This document shows, piece by piece, positions 20,462 through 31,087 of a stretch of 64,000 nucleotides of DNA (its first letter is position 1; every line of letters begins with the position of its first letter). Source of the DNA: an uncultured delta proteobacterium (GTDB taxonomy: Bacteria > Desulfobacterota > RBG-13-43-22); the NCBI GenBank assembly GCA_963790475.1, contig CAWBOS010000010.1, positions 416,001 to 480,000 on the forward strand, read 5' to 3'. The notes below the pieces were generated by a model. It did not search any database. It was not told where the DNA came from and worked only from the letters and a program-made list of their open reading frames with translations. Both the position numbers and the translations under genes were made by a program.

Positions 20462-20937
20462 GATTTTTCCTCGATTTTCAAAAGAAAATTTATGGCTTCC
20501 GGTCTTTCCTGCCAGCCTTGTTTTCTGTAAAAACCACGTTTATAAGATTCACGGTCGCGAAGATTGAGCAGCATCAATCTGGAACAGCCCCGTTCCCTGG
20601 CCTCGGCCTTGACCGTTTCCAGCAATTGACCGCCTATACCAAGGCCTCGGGATGATTCCCGTAAAAAAAGTTCCGAGACATAGCCTTCCGGACCGGGAAG
20701 CAGCAGATAGGGCAGCCAGTGCACGGCACAATAGCCCAGGACTTCACCGGCTGGATGTTGGGCTACATAAACAGAGTGGCTGTCGTCGGCCTGGCATAAT
20801 CCAAGATGCCTGGAAACATGACCCAGAGTGGCCGGCGGTGTTTCGTCATTGTAATGGGCAAACAGGCCCATCGTTCTCAACAGTTCGGCAATGACCGGGG
20901 CGTCTTGGTCCGTTGCCTTCCTGATTTGAATGTCCAT
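20458..20937 (-). CDS. GNAT acetyltransferase
   Basis: IRKAT..D, ELFL..SRGLGIGGQLL, FYRKQGW; ATGA overlap with the next gene. Confidence 0.85.
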   Translation of the reverse strand: MDIQIRKATDQDAPVIAELLRTMGLFAHYNDETPPATLGHVSRHLGLCQADDSHSVYVAQHPAGEVLGYCAVHWLPYLLLPGPEGYVSELFLRESSRGLGIGGQLLETVKAEARERGCSRLMLLNLRDRESYKRGFYRKQGWQERPEAINFLLKIEEKS

Positions 20938-21105
20938 CAGAATCCTTCCCCTTCCTCCCTCCGGAATATGGCGCTAACCGAAATCAAAAATCCGAAATCC
21001 TTAAACTTATCCCGGCGCTTTTTTTTTAATTTTTAATGGAAAAATTTGAGAAAATCAATCCAAAACATCATGGACCGTCGTTCATGTCAGGTCGGGGGAT
21101 TTGTC

Positions 21106-21135
21106 TTGACATAAAAAAATGACCGACCCTATACT
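21106..21135 (+). promoter_or_regulatory. Sigma-70 promoter for the SDR gene
   Basis: TTGACA-18 nt-TATACT. Confidence 0.55.
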
Positions 21136-21179
21136 TCATTCCACCAAAGAAAATAGAGGATATCGGGAGGATAAAAATT

Positions 21180-21935
21180 ATGTTTGATCTCAAAGGACAT
21201 GTAAGTGTCATTACCGGAGGAAACGGGGGCATCGGGCTTGGGATGGCTCGGGGACTGGCGAAATCGGGGGCCAGTATTGCAATCTGGGGAAGAAACAAGG
21301 CTAAAAACACCAAAGCCGAGAGCGAGCTGAAGGGTCTCGGTGCTGAAGTCAAGGCCTTTCAGTGCGATGTCTCGCTGGAAGATCAAATCGTCAAAAGCAT
21401 GGCTGACACGCTGGCCTATTTCGGACGAGTGGATTCCTGCTTTGCCAATGCCGGCATCGGTATTGTTAAGCCGGTTATCGAGACCACTATGGCAGACTGG
21501 AACAAAGTTCTGGATATTAATCTAACGGGCGTTTTTATGACCTTTCGGGAGGCGGCTAAACACATGATCGCCCGCGGGGGAGGGGGGAAACTTATCGCGA
21601 CTTCCTCCATCGGTTCGATACACGGGATGCCGCGCAATTCCAGCTATTCGGCCACAAAGGCCGGTGTAATAGCCATCGTTCGTTCGCTGGCCGTAGAACT
21701 GGGGCGGTATGATATTCAGGCCAATGCTATCATCCCCGGATGGATTGTCACGGATATGACGGTTGAGGCCAGGGCTTTTGAAAAATTGAACAAGACGATT
21801 ATCCAAAGGACCCCGGCCCACCGCTGGGGGGAACCGAGGGACTTTGAAGGACTGGCTGTTTACCTGGCTTCGCGCGAGTCTGATTTTCAAACAGGCACGG
21901 CTATTGCCATGGATGGGGGTTACACTATTTTTTAA
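21180..21935 (+). CDS. SDR oxidoreductase (KduD/FabG-like)
   Basis: TGGNGGIG, ANAG, YSATK, MDGG. Confidence 0.9.
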   Translation: MFDLKGHVSVITGGNGGIGLGMARGLAKSGASIAIWGRNKAKNTKAESELKGLGAEVKAFQCDVSLEDQIVKSMADTLAYFGRVDSCFANAGIGIVKPVIETTMADWNKVLDINLTGVFMTFREAAKHMIARGGGGKLIATSSIGSIHGMPRNSSYSATKAGVIAIVRSLAVELGRYDIQANAIIPGWIVTDMTVEARAFEKLNKTIIQRTPAHRWGEPRDFEGLAVYLASRESDFQTGTAIAMDGGYTIF

Positions 21936-22396
21936 TAACCTTCAAAAGGTCAGTAAATAATCAACTGAATTCCAGGTGTGGTTTACAGAAGGCGGTCTCA
22001 ACCCAAAATGTCAAAAAATTGAAGCGGTAAAGACTTCAACGGCTTGAGTCAGGCCTGTCCGCCAAAGGGGAAAAAGTAACATTCTCGGTCTTAAGGTGCT
22101 TGTCTTGCTCTCCACCGGCCTTCCGGGTCGAATGACGATCTGCTAATAAGCTCAGCCCGATCTCGACACCTATACCCTGGTCCGACCCCTATCCAACAAT
22201 CCCCTTTCCATTATCCTCCCTTGATATAACCTTGCACACAAAATAGTCAATATAACAGGTCACCTGCCGAATAAATAGACTGACACTAAAATACAGTGCT
22301 TTTATCCAAAAAATAGGCTGTTTACTTTATTTACGAATCACCGTTCTCTTAATAGAATTATTATATAAAATTTATCAGGTATGAAAGGGGACGACC

Positions 22397-22702
22397 ATGC
22401 GAATGCTTCTACAGGTGAAGATTCCTCACCAAGAGTTCAATGCCGCTGTCCGAGACGGTAGCGTAGAAGGGAAGATGAAGAAAATTATCGAGGATACAAA
22501 GCCGGAAGCCGCCTATTTTACCGAATATGACGGCCGGCGCGGGGCCATTATGATCATCAACATCGATGACCCGTCGGAAGTGCCAAAGTTTGCGGAGCCC
22601 TGGTTTCTGTCCTTCAACGCCGATGTCCAATTTCACATTGTCATGACCCCGGAAGAATTAGGGCGGGCAGGTCTGAAAAAGCTCGGGGAAAAGTGGTCTT
22701 AG
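22397..22702 (+). CDS. Conserved small hypothetical protein
   Basis: RBS; KPEAAYFTE..G.RG and AEPWFLSFNA resemble a conserved family of unknown function. Confidence 0.7.
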   Translation: MRMLLQVKIPHQEFNAAVRDGSVEGKMKKIIEDTKPEAAYFTEYDGRRGAIMIINIDDPSEVPKFAEPWFLSFNADVQFHIVMTPEELGRAGLKKLGEKWS

Positions 22703-22733
22703 AATCTGGATAAAATCAAGAAAGGAGAAAGTT

Positions 22734-23102
22734 GTGAGCAAGCTGGAAGTGAAAAGCTTCAGTAAACCTGATGAAGTAAGGACCTTTGACAAGGGAAAAG
22801 TAGAACTGATCAAGGTCGGCGGGTCAATGATCGGCCGGGCCACTTTTCAGCCCGGTTGGAAGTGGTCGGAATCGGTCAAGCCTATAGCCAAGACGAAGAG
22901 CTGTGAGGCGCCTCATTTTCAGTACCAGCTCTCCGGTACTATCCGGGTCAGGATGGATGACGGCACGGAGAGAGATGTAAAGGCCGGTGAGGTAGCCTCG
23001 ATTCCGCCGGGACATGATGGCTGGGTAGTCGGAAATGAGCCGGTGGTCATAATCGACTTCCAAGGCATGGCCGACTACGCCAAGGGAAGTAAAAAGAAAT
23101 AA
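22734..23102 (+). CDS. Cupin-domain protein
   Basis: PGWKWSE..KP, SCEAPH, IPPGHDGWVVG. Confidence 0.85.
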   Translation: MSKLEVKSFSKPDEVRTFDKGKVELIKVGGSMIGRATFQPGWKWSESVKPIAKTKSCEAPHFQYQLSGTIRVRMDDGTERDVKAGEVASIPPGHDGWVVGNEPVVIIDFQGMADYAKGSKKK

Positions 23103-23287
23103 GAAGGTCTTCGCTGAGGCAGTTGTAGCGAGTAAGTTTTTCCGGCTACTTTTTCTCAACTATGACGTAGCCGGCAGGTGGTCTTTACCTTGGGGGGTCC
23201 GACTCGGCACAGCAATAAAACTGTGATCCAGTGCATTAGATTCCAGAATATAGTTGGTGCATTAACCCGGGGTAGAGGACGGCGGAG

Positions 23288-24889
23288 TTGATGCGGATGA
23301 TAAGACAACTTATTGAAGGTAAGGGATGGGTCTGGGCGCTGGCCCTGGTCTCGCTACTCTGTTCCGGCTGTGTCAAGGTAGGGCCTGATTTTGTCAAGCC
23401 CGAGGCCCTGGTCGAGCAGAATTGGCTGGAATCGGGGGACAGGCGATTACAGGGTGATTCTTCCCAAAACCGGGAATGGTGGCGGGTCTTTAATGATCCC
23501 GTGCTTAATGGGCTTATCGATCGCGCTTATAAAGAAAACCTGACCCTCAGGATAGCCGGTCTGAGGGTGATCGAGGCGCGCGCCCAGTTGGGTATAACCA
23601 TTGGCCAGTTATTTCCACAGACGCAACAAGCCGTCGGTTCCCTACAGGAAAACAGCCTCAGCGATCGGTCCACGTCGGCGCTTCTTAGCAACAGCCTGAC
23701 CTACAGGCAGGCCCAGGTCGGCCTGTTGGCAAACTGGGAACTCGACTTCTGGGGCAAGTTCAGGCGAAACATCGAATCCGCCGATGCCGCTCTCCAGGCC
23801 ACCGTGGCCGATTACGACGCCGCCCTGGTGAGTCTTACCGCTGATGTGGCCAATACCTACATTGCCATCAGAATTTCGGAGAAAAGGATTGAGATCGCCG
23901 AAGAGAATGTGGTCACCCAACACGAAGCCCTCAGGCTGGCCAAGGCTCGTTTCACCGGAGGCACGACCACCCAGTTGGACCTGGAGCAGGCCCAAGCCTC
24001 TCTCAATGACACCCAATCTCTCGTACCCGCCCTGCAAAGCCAGTTGAGGCAGGCCAAAAATGCCTTGTGTACCCTCCTGGGCACTCCACCCAATGATCTT
24101 GCCTCCGTGATCACCGGTCCTCCGGCCATTCCCGTACCTCCACTTCAGGTGGCCGTGGGCATCCCCGCTGACCTTCTGACCCGCCGTCCTGATGTGCGGA
24201 GCGCCCTGTACCAGGCGGCCTCCCAGTCCGCCCGGATCGGAGTTGCCAAAGCCGATCTCTTCCCCAGTCTATCCCTCAGCGGATCCTTTGGTTTCCTATC
24301 TACGGACGTTTCTAATTTCAACCTCATGGACATATTCCGCTGGGGAAGCAGGTACTATACGGTGGGGCCTACGGGCCAGTGGAATCTCTTTAATTATGGA
24401 CGAATAAAAAACAGCGTCCGCGTGGAGGACGCCCGTTTCCAGGAATCGTTGGTCGCCTACGGAAATGCCGTGCTTAAAGCCCAACAGGAGGTGGAAGACG
24501 GTTTGGTCGCCTTCCTCCGTGCCCAGGAACAGGGGAGCTTTCTGGCTGAGAGCGCCGCAGCGGCCCAGCGCTCCCTCGAAATCGCCAAAGCCCAGTACCG
24601 GGAAGGGGCCAGGGACTTCACCGCCGTGGTGATTGCCCAGCAAACCCTCTTACGAGAGCAGGACAATTTGGCCGTAACACTGGGTGCTGTTTCAACCGGT
24701 CTGGTGGCTGTCTACCGTGCTTTGGGCGGAGGCTGGGAAATCCGGGAGGGGCAGGACTTTATCCCTCCCGATGTCAAGGAAATAATGACCAAACGTACTG
24801 ACTGGGGGGGGTTGTTGGAGCCTCCCAAGTCTATTCCTTCCAGTACTGAACGTGGAAACACCAGGACTATTGGTACTCCCACACGGTAA
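23288..24889 (+). CDS. RND efflux outer-membrane factor lipoprotein (NodT/OprM family)
   Basis: CSGC lipobox, WWRVFNDP.L, WELDFWG, LLTRRPDV, YRALGGGW. Confidence 0.92.
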   Translation: MMRMIRQLIEGKGWVWALALVSLLCSGCVKVGPDFVKPEALVEQNWLESGDRRLQGDSSQNREWWRVFNDPVLNGLIDRAYKENLTLRIAGLRVIEARAQLGITIGQLFPQTQQAVGSLQENSLSDRSTSALLSNSLTYRQAQVGLLANWELDFWGKFRRNIESADAALQATVADYDAALVSLTADVANTYIAIRISEKRIEIAEENVVTQHEALRLAKARFTGGTTTQLDLEQAQASLNDTQSLVPALQSQLRQAKNALCTLLGTPPNDLASVITGPPAIPVPPLQVAVGIPADLLTRRPDVRSALYQAASQSARIGVAKADLFPSLSLSGSFGFLSTDVSNFNLMDIFRWGSRYYTVGPTGQWNLFNYGRIKNSVRVEDARFQESLVAYGNAVLKAQQEVEDGLVAFLRAQEQGSFLAESAAAAQRSLEIAKAQYREGARDFTAVVIAQQTLLREQDNLAVTLGAVSTGLVAVYRALGGGWEIREGQDFIPPDVKEIMTKRTDWGGLLEPPKSIPSSTERGNTRTIGTPTR

Positions 24890-24903
24890 GGAGACATAAG
24901 GCA

Positions 24904-26106
24904 ATGAAATCTGGCGACCTAGTATTACTTCGGCGGACACTATTGACGGCCATAGCCGGTTTGCTGGTTATGATATTGATAGGGCCAACCGGGTGCTCAC
25001 AAAAACAAGCGCCCTCTCCACCACCGCCCCGGGTGAGCGTGGCCCAGCCCCTCAAGAAAAACGTGACCGATTACATCGAGGCCTTCGGCAACACCCAGGC
25101 CATCCGGACCGCACAGCTCCGGGCCAGAGTAGCCGGGTATCTGGAAAAGGTCCTCTTCAGTGACGGCCAGGTTGTCAAAAAAGACCTGCTTCTCTTCCTG
25201 ATTCAAAAGAATACTTATCAGGCCAATCTTCAGCAGGCCGAGGCTGCTATCTCCCTGACCAAGACCCAGCTTTCCTATGCCGAATCCGAACTGCTTCGAT
25301 TCACAAAGCTGATGGAGCAGAAGGGGGCGGCCCAGACAGACGTTGACAATTGGCGTTTCCAGAGGGATTCCGCCCAAGCCAACCTGCGCCAGGCAGAGGC
25401 CCGGAGAGACCTGACCAGGCTCGACCTCGGATACACGGAGGTAAGGGCGCCTTTCTCCGGCCGAATAGACCGGACCCTTGTTGACCCCGGCAACCTGGTA
25501 GGTGCAGGGGAAGCCACTGTCCTGGCCACTATGAGCCAGATCGACCCTGTCTATGTCTACTTCACGATCAGCGACCTTGATCTCTTCCGCCTTACCGGCG
25601 AAGCACACTGGAACCCCGGTAAGGCCTCGGCCATGAAATGGCCGATAGACCTGGGACTGGTCGATGAAAAGGGCTATCCCCACCGCGGGAGCATCGATTT
25701 TGCATCCATTAGTCTGACACCCACTACCGGAACCCTTCTGGTCCGGGGAATATTCCCAAATCCGGAAGGGTCGATAATACCGGGGCTATACGCCCGCATC
25801 CGGATACCGGTTATTTCAGCCAAAGGCCTTCTTATTCCTCAAGAGGCGGTTAGCCACGATTTGCGGGGTCCATATGTTCTGGTGGTCAACCGCGAAAACA
25901 AGATCGAACGACGCAATGTGACGACCGGTAGCCAGGTAGCCCTTTTTCAGGTCATCAGGTCAGGTTTGGGTGAAGAGGAGTGGGTGGTTATTAAAGGTAT
26001 CCAGAGGGCCATACCGGGTAGGCCTGTAAGCCCGGAGAGGATCAGTCTCCAGGAACAGACCGCTGCTGCTCCAGGACCCGCCAATCCGGGAAGTGCCAAG
26101 CCATGA
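24904..26106 (+). CDS. RND periplasmic adaptor (MFP)
   Basis: RARVAGYL, YTEVRAPFSGRI, GNLV, TGTL.VRG.FPN. Confidence 0.92.
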   Translation: MKSGDLVLLRRTLLTAIAGLLVMILIGPTGCSQKQAPSPPPPRVSVAQPLKKNVTDYIEAFGNTQAIRTAQLRARVAGYLEKVLFSDGQVVKKDLLLFLIQKNTYQANLQQAEAAISLTKTQLSYAESELLRFTKLMEQKGAAQTDVDNWRFQRDSAQANLRQAEARRDLTRLDLGYTEVRAPFSGRIDRTLVDPGNLVGAGEATVLATMSQIDPVYVYFTISDLDLFRLTGEAHWNPGKASAMKWPIDLGLVDEKGYPHRGSIDFASISLTPTTGTLLVRGIFPNPEGSIIPGLYARIRIPVISAKGLLIPQEAVSHDLRGPYVLVVNRENKIERRNVTTGSQVALFQVIRSGLGEEEWVVIKGIQRAIPGRPVSPERISLQEQTAAAPGPANPGSAKP

Positions 26107-29100
26107 TCTCTAAATTCTTTATTGAACGGCCTATTCTGGCCAATGTTCTGGCGGTCATTACCATCATCATCGGACTGGTCTGCTACTCCCGATTGCCGAT
26201 AGAGCAGTACCCTCCCATCGTGCCTCCTACCATCCAGGTGAGCGCCCGATATCCCGGTGCCAGCGCTTCAGTTGTGGCCGAGACGATCGGGGTCCCTATC
26301 GAGCAGGCGGTCAACGGTGTGGAGCGGTCGATTTACATGTCTTCCACCAGCAGCGGTGACGGATCCTACACGCTCACCATTACCTTTGATGTGGGGGTTG
26401 ATCTCGACCGGGCCCTGGCCCTGGTGCAGAATCAGGTCAACACGGCCCTGCCGCAGTTGCCCGGTGAGGTAGGGGCACAGGGCGTCAATGTGCGGAAAGT
26501 CTCCACCAACATCCTCATGGTGGTGAGCCTTTACTCCGATGACAACCGGTTTGATGAGGCCTTCCTGTCGAACTACGGCGTTATCAATCTCCAGTATCCC
26601 CTGTCCCGATTGCCTGGCGTGGGTCAGGTACGGGTATTTGGCGCGGGTCCTTACAGTATGCGGGTATGGCTCGATCCGGCACGGCTCCGTAACCTCAACC
26701 TCACTCCCCTTGACGTGCAGAATGCCATCAGGGATCAGAACACGCCACTGGCCGCCGGGCAGCTCGGGGCCCCGCCGGTACCCGCCAATCAGGCTTTTCA
26801 GTTCACCATCAACGGCCTGGGGCGCCTTTCGGACGTAAAGCAGTTTGAAAACATTATCGTGAAGAGTGTCCCCGGAACGGCCCCTCAGAATGTACGCCTT
26901 CGGGACATTGCCAGCCTTGAGCTGGGCCAGCAGTTCTACAGTAACTATGCCAGCGTGGGCGGTCTCGGTTCCGCCCAGGTGGTGGTCTTTGCCTTGCCCG
27001 AGGCCAATGCCCTGGCCGTGGCCGACCGGGTTACCAAGGAAGTCGCCGCCATCAGCAAGGATTTTCCCGGGGGGCTTAAGTATGCCGTCCGCTTCGATAC
27101 CACAAAGTTCGTCCGTGAGGCCGTATCCAAAGTCTATGAGACTCTGGCCGAGGCGGGGATTCTGGTGCTCATCGTCATCCTGATATTTCTCCAGAGCTTT
27201 CGGGCACTCCTGGTTCCGGCCACCACCGTTCCCGTCACCATCATAGGCGCCTCCATCGCCATGGTGGCCCTGGGTTTCAGCATAAATCTTATGACCCTCT
27301 TCGGTCTTGTCCTTTCCATAGGCATCGTGGTGGATGATGCCATCGTTATTGTGGAGAACAGCTCCTATTACATCGAGAAGGGACTGAAACCCAAACCGGC
27401 GACCATCAAGGCCATGTCGGAGCTCCTGAACCCCATTATGGGCATCACTATAGCCCTGGTCGCAGTCTTCCTTCCCGCTGCGTTTCTCCCCGGTGTTACC
27501 GGTCAGATATTCAGGCAGTTCGCCTTGGTCATAGCGGCGACGGCCGTGATCAGCGCCATTAACGCCGTCACCCTTAAGCCAACCCAGTGCGCCCTCTGGC
27601 TCCGACCAAGGCCCCGGAAGAAGATGAACTGGTTCTACCGGGGGTTTAACAGGGCCTATGAGGCGACCAAAAGACCTTACATGGGGCTGGTCCGGGGGAT
27701 GGTGCTTCATTCCGGGTTTATGCTCATCATCTTCCTCCTGATCATCGTCGTTACCGCCTGGGCCTTTGTGCGCCGTCCCACCGGATTTCTCCCCACAGAG
27801 GACCAGGGCTACGCCATTCTCCTCGCTCGCCTGCCCGACGGGACCACCCAGCCGCGTTCGCGGGAGTTGTCAAGAAAGATCGGCGATATTTTACGAAGGT
27901 CCCCGGGTATTTCCGGCTGGGTTACAATTGGAGGGTTTTCCGTGCTCGATGGGGCGAACGTGGTCAACGCCGCTACCACTTTTGTCGTATACAAGGACTG
28001 GAGTCAGCGAGGGTCCGCCCTCAGCCAGGAAAAAATCGTTGGCGGTCTTAACCGGGAGCTCTCTCAAATCCAGGAGGCCCAGGCCTTTGTGGTGATTCCT
28101 CCGCCTGTCAGGGGGCTCGGACAAACTGGCGGTTTTCAAATGATGGTACAGGACCGGAAGGGCCTTGGTATGAAACAGCTCCAGGACGCCGTAGATGAGC
28201 TTGTCCGAATGGGTAACTCCCAGCAGGGCCTTCATGGCCTGGCCTCGACCATCAATGTCCACAGTCCCCAGATATATCTCGACATCGACCGGACCAAGGT
28301 CAGGTCTTTTCAGGTTCAGGTCAATGACGTATTTCAAACCCTAACCGCCTATCTGGGATCTGCCTTTGTCAACCTTTTCAATAAGTACAACCAGATCTAC
28401 CAGGTCTATATCCAGGCCGACGACCGCTCCCGCCTGAACCCGAAGGACATCGGCAACCTGAACGTGAGGAATGGTCTGGGAGAGATGGTACCCCTCGGCT
28501 CGTTTGTCCAGGTGAGGGATACGGAGGGACCGGAGCTGATCACGCGCTACAATCTCTATAACGCGGCGCCAATTTTCGGGGCTGCGGCGCCGGGTTTCAG
28601 TTCCGGACAGGCGCTCACCCGGATGGAAGAACTGGCGGATACCTCTTTGCCACAGGGCATCGGGTATGAGTGGACAACCACGAGCTATCAGGAGAAGCAG
28701 GTAGGATATGAGGCTTACCTAATCTATGCCATTTCCATAATCATGGTTTTCATGGTACTGGCTGCCCTTTTTGAAAGCTGGACTTCCCCCGCCGCCGTCA
28801 TCCTGGCCGTGCCCTTGGCCCTGGTGGGTGTTCTTCTCGCCCTCCTGGTCAGAGGCTACGACAACAACCTCTACACCCAGGTCGGCCTGGTCCTCATGAT
28901 CGCCCTGGCCAGCAAGAATGCCATCCTTATTGTTGAGTTTACCCGTGATCTTCAAAAAGAGGGTCTGTCGCTTACTGAGGCGGCTATTGAGGCCACCAGC
29001 CGTCGGTTTCGGCCCATTATGATGACCTCCTTTGCCTTCATACTGGGGGTAGCTCCCTTGCTTCTGGCGAACGGTGCCGGGGCTGCGAGTCAGCGGGCGA

Positions 29101-29243
29101 TCGGAACGGTCGTCTTCGGAGGGATGCTTTCCTCCACCCTTTTGGCCATCCCCTTTGTTCCTGTCTTCTATGTATTTATCGAATCGATGAGGGAGCGATT
29201 AGGGAGAAACAAGAAGGTGAAGACGGACTCTTCAGAAGCTTGA
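26103..29243 (+). CDS. RND permease, HAE1 family
   Basis: MISKFFIERP, IVVDDAIV, ASKNAILIVEF, RFRPIMMTS; 1046 aa. Confidence 0.95.
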   Translation: MISKFFIERPILANVLAVITIIIGLVCYSRLPIEQYPPIVPPTIQVSARYPGASASVVAETIGVPIEQAVNGVERSIYMSSTSSGDGSYTLTITFDVGVDLDRALALVQNQVNTALPQLPGEVGAQGVNVRKVSTNILMVVSLYSDDNRFDEAFLSNYGVINLQYPLSRLPGVGQVRVFGAGPYSMRVWLDPARLRNLNLTPLDVQNAIRDQNTPLAAGQLGAPPVPANQAFQFTINGLGRLSDVKQFENIIVKSVPGTAPQNVRLRDIASLELGQQFYSNYASVGGLGSAQVVVFALPEANALAVADRVTKEVAAISKDFPGGLKYAVRFDTTKFVREAVSKVYETLAEAGILVLIVILIFLQSFRALLVPATTVPVTIIGASIAMVALGFSINLMTLFGLVLSIGIVVDDAIVIVENSSYYIEKGLKPKPATIKAMSELLNPIMGITIALVAVFLPAAFLPGVTGQIFRQFALVIAATAVISAINAVTLKPTQCALWLRPRPRKKMNWFYRGFNRAYEATKRPYMGLVRGMVLHSGFMLIIFLLIIVVTAWAFVRRPTGFLPTEDQGYAILLARLPDGTTQPRSRELSRKIGDILRRSPGISGWVTIGGFSVLDGANVVNAATTFVVYKDWSQRGSALSQEKIVGGLNRELSQIQEAQAFVVIPPPVRGLGQTGGFQMMVQDRKGLGMKQLQDAVDELVRMGNSQQGLHGLASTINVHSPQIYLDIDRTKVRSFQVQVNDVFQTLTAYLGSAFVNLFNKYNQIYQVYIQADDRSRLNPKDIGNLNVRNGLGEMVPLGSFVQVRDTEGPELITRYNLYNAAPIFGAAAPGFSSGQALTRMEELADTSLPQGIGYEWTTTSYQEKQVGYEAYLIYAISIIMVFMVLAALFESWTSPAAVILAVPLALVGVLLALLVRGYDNNLYTQVGLVLMIALASKNAILIVEFTRDLQKEGLSLTEAAIEATSRRFRPIMMTSFAFILGVAPLLLANGAGAASQRAIGTVVFGGMLSSTLLAIPFVPVFYVFIESMRERLGRNKKVKTDSSEA

Positions 29244-29395
29244 GTTCCTATTATAGACTCACTCCCTCTGACCTCTTTTTCCACTGTCAAAGGCTGATTC
29301 CAGGGTTGCTTATTGGGGCCAAGACCGGTCTTGACCCCATTCACAATTAACATAGACTACGATTAAGTTCCTGGCAGTTCTTTTTAACGGTTGAC

Positions 29396-30061
29396 CTATT
29401 TGATTTCCTCCAGCCAGCCTCGGACCGGCCGGTTGGACGCCTGTCTTTCTTCCATCATATTGCGGGCCAGGTCCTCCAAGGCCTGAACCAGCGTATCTGA
29501 GGCCTCTTTCCCGACCAGATTTCCCAGCAATTGATCGAGAACCGGGTATTGGGTTACCATGGGGGTCTCAATCGTTTTCCGCCAGACGGTCCTTCCTCGG
29601 TTGCTCAGTGTTCCAACGACCTTCGCTCGACAGTGGATGAACACCACCCCATGATAGAAGCGATCGTTAAAGTTGTAATTGACCGAATGAACAGAAAAGT
29701 CCGCCAATTTGGGTTCGAGAATCACCTTGTATTTTTTAGCCTCCTCGGGCGTTCGAATGAGATCGACTTTTTGGAAGAACTGGGAAAAGATTTGGAGCGC
29801 AGCCTTCTCGAAGGCCTCTCCTATAGGCAGCTGGTAGGGCTCGATAAAATATACAGGGTACTCGTATGGATACTCAGGAGGAGAGCTCTTGAAGATTTGG
29901 CTCCTGGATTCTTCGCTAATAAGCAAGGCCACTGCCAAAGGAATCGGTTTGCTAATTTCGATCCTCTCCACCTTGGGGGCCATGGCAATTTGATTGGTAT
30001 AGGCGCAACCGCTCACAAAAAGGATCGCTCCAATTATCGACATTATTTTAAAACTTTTCAT
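29396..30061 (-). CDS. Hypothetical lipoprotein
   Basis: AAGGAGG RBS before ATG 30061; MKSFKIMSIIGAILFVSG-C lipobox. Confidence 0.7.
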   Translation of the reverse strand: MKSFKIMSIIGAILFVSGCAYTNQIAMAPKVERIEISKPIPLAVALLISEESRSQIFKSSPPEYPYEYPVYFIEPYQLPIGEAFEKAALQIFSQFFQKVDLIRTPEEAKKYKVILEPKLADFSVHSVNYNFNDRFYHGVVFIHCRAKVVGTLSNRGRTVWRKTIETPMVTQYPVLDQLLGNLVGKEASDTLVQALEDLARNMMEERQASNRPVRGWLEEIK

Positions 30062-30225
30062 TGCTTCCTCCTTTAATGACCAAAAGAACAATTTAATAAA
30101 AAATATTTTCATAACCAATAGTTAATCTTGGCTCGGATACGGGTTCAGTCTGACGAGAAGTACTTTTCAAAAGCCTGACGTTTGGAATAACAAAATAGGA
30201 AAGGGCTCCCGTTTGTATTTAACAT

Positions 30226-30918
30226 TCATTGATTTGGATCTTTAAATTCCTGCAGGAGTCGGATGACTTCCTGTTCATCTAAATCACTCCATTGTTCATA
30301 GGCATCGGCAACGGCAAAAGAGAGGCCGCTTCTTATATTGGGACAATAAATCGCTTCTACTTCTCCCAGGATTAGTTGTATTGATTCTAAATGGGCGGTG
30401 GGGACTGCCAGGATAATATGGGTGACACCAGCCTGGCGTAAGGCCTTTATAGCGGCACGAAGGGTGATTCCGGAAGCCAGCCCATCGTCCACCAAGATGA
30501 TCGGACGTTTGAAATAAGGTTGGGGTCGATCCCCCCTGAACAACGTCACCCGACGAAGGACCTTTTGCGTTGTCTTTTTAATTCCGATCTGGATTTCCTG
30601 GTCGCTGAGATTCAACCGCGATAAGAGTTCTTCATTCAACAGCACCGTTCCGTCAAAGGCCACGGCGCCATAACCGGCTTCCGAGTTCCAGGGCAGGGTG
30701 ATCTTGCTCACCACGGCAATGTCCAAGGGAAGGGTCAACCCTCGGGCGATCTCTACAGCGACCGCCATTCCTCCGGCCGGAATACCCATCACAATGGCCT
30801 TGCTGCTCCGGTATTCTTCGAGCATGCCGGCCAGCACCTTGCCTGCCGAGGCCCGATCCTGAAATATCCGGACCCGGTTACGGAATTTTGGAAGGTCAAA
30901 GATCTTTGGGTTTTCCAT
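30226..30918 (-). CDS. Phosphoribosyltransferase-family protein
   Basis: FQDRASAG..LA, IPAGG, ILVDDGLASG.T, LAVPT; start uncertain. Confidence 0.85.
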   Translation of the reverse strand: MENPKIFDLPKFRNRVRIFQDRASAGKVLAGMLEEYRSSKAIVMGIPAGGMAVAVEIARGLTLPLDIAVVSKITLPWNSEAGYGAVAFDGTVLLNEELLSRLNLSDQEIQIGIKKTTQKVLRRVTLFRGDRPQPYFKRPIILVDDGLASGITLRAAIKALRQAGVTHIILAVPTAHLESIQLILGEVEAIYCPNIRSGLSFAVADAYEQWSDLDEQEVIRLLQEFKDPNQ

Positions 30919-31087
30919 CTCTATTTTTCCCCGGCCAGGCCGCCGGAAGGCCTCATCGAAAATCATACCTCGAAAATTATAGAAGCAGATAAACCGACAG
31001 AGGGACTTTTATCTACATAATATAAGAAGACCCAAGATTAATTTCAAGGGTAGATTAAGTGCATCAGCATTTACGGGCCCCACACCC

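Noticed and set aside
21940-22390. Possible gene remnant or sRNA between the SDR and the next gene
   Set aside because: A minus-strand RBS plus ATG near 22211 hits stops quickly; no recognisable homology or stable structure.
26268-27710. 480-aa minus-strand ORF
   Set aside because: Antisense shadow of the RND permease.
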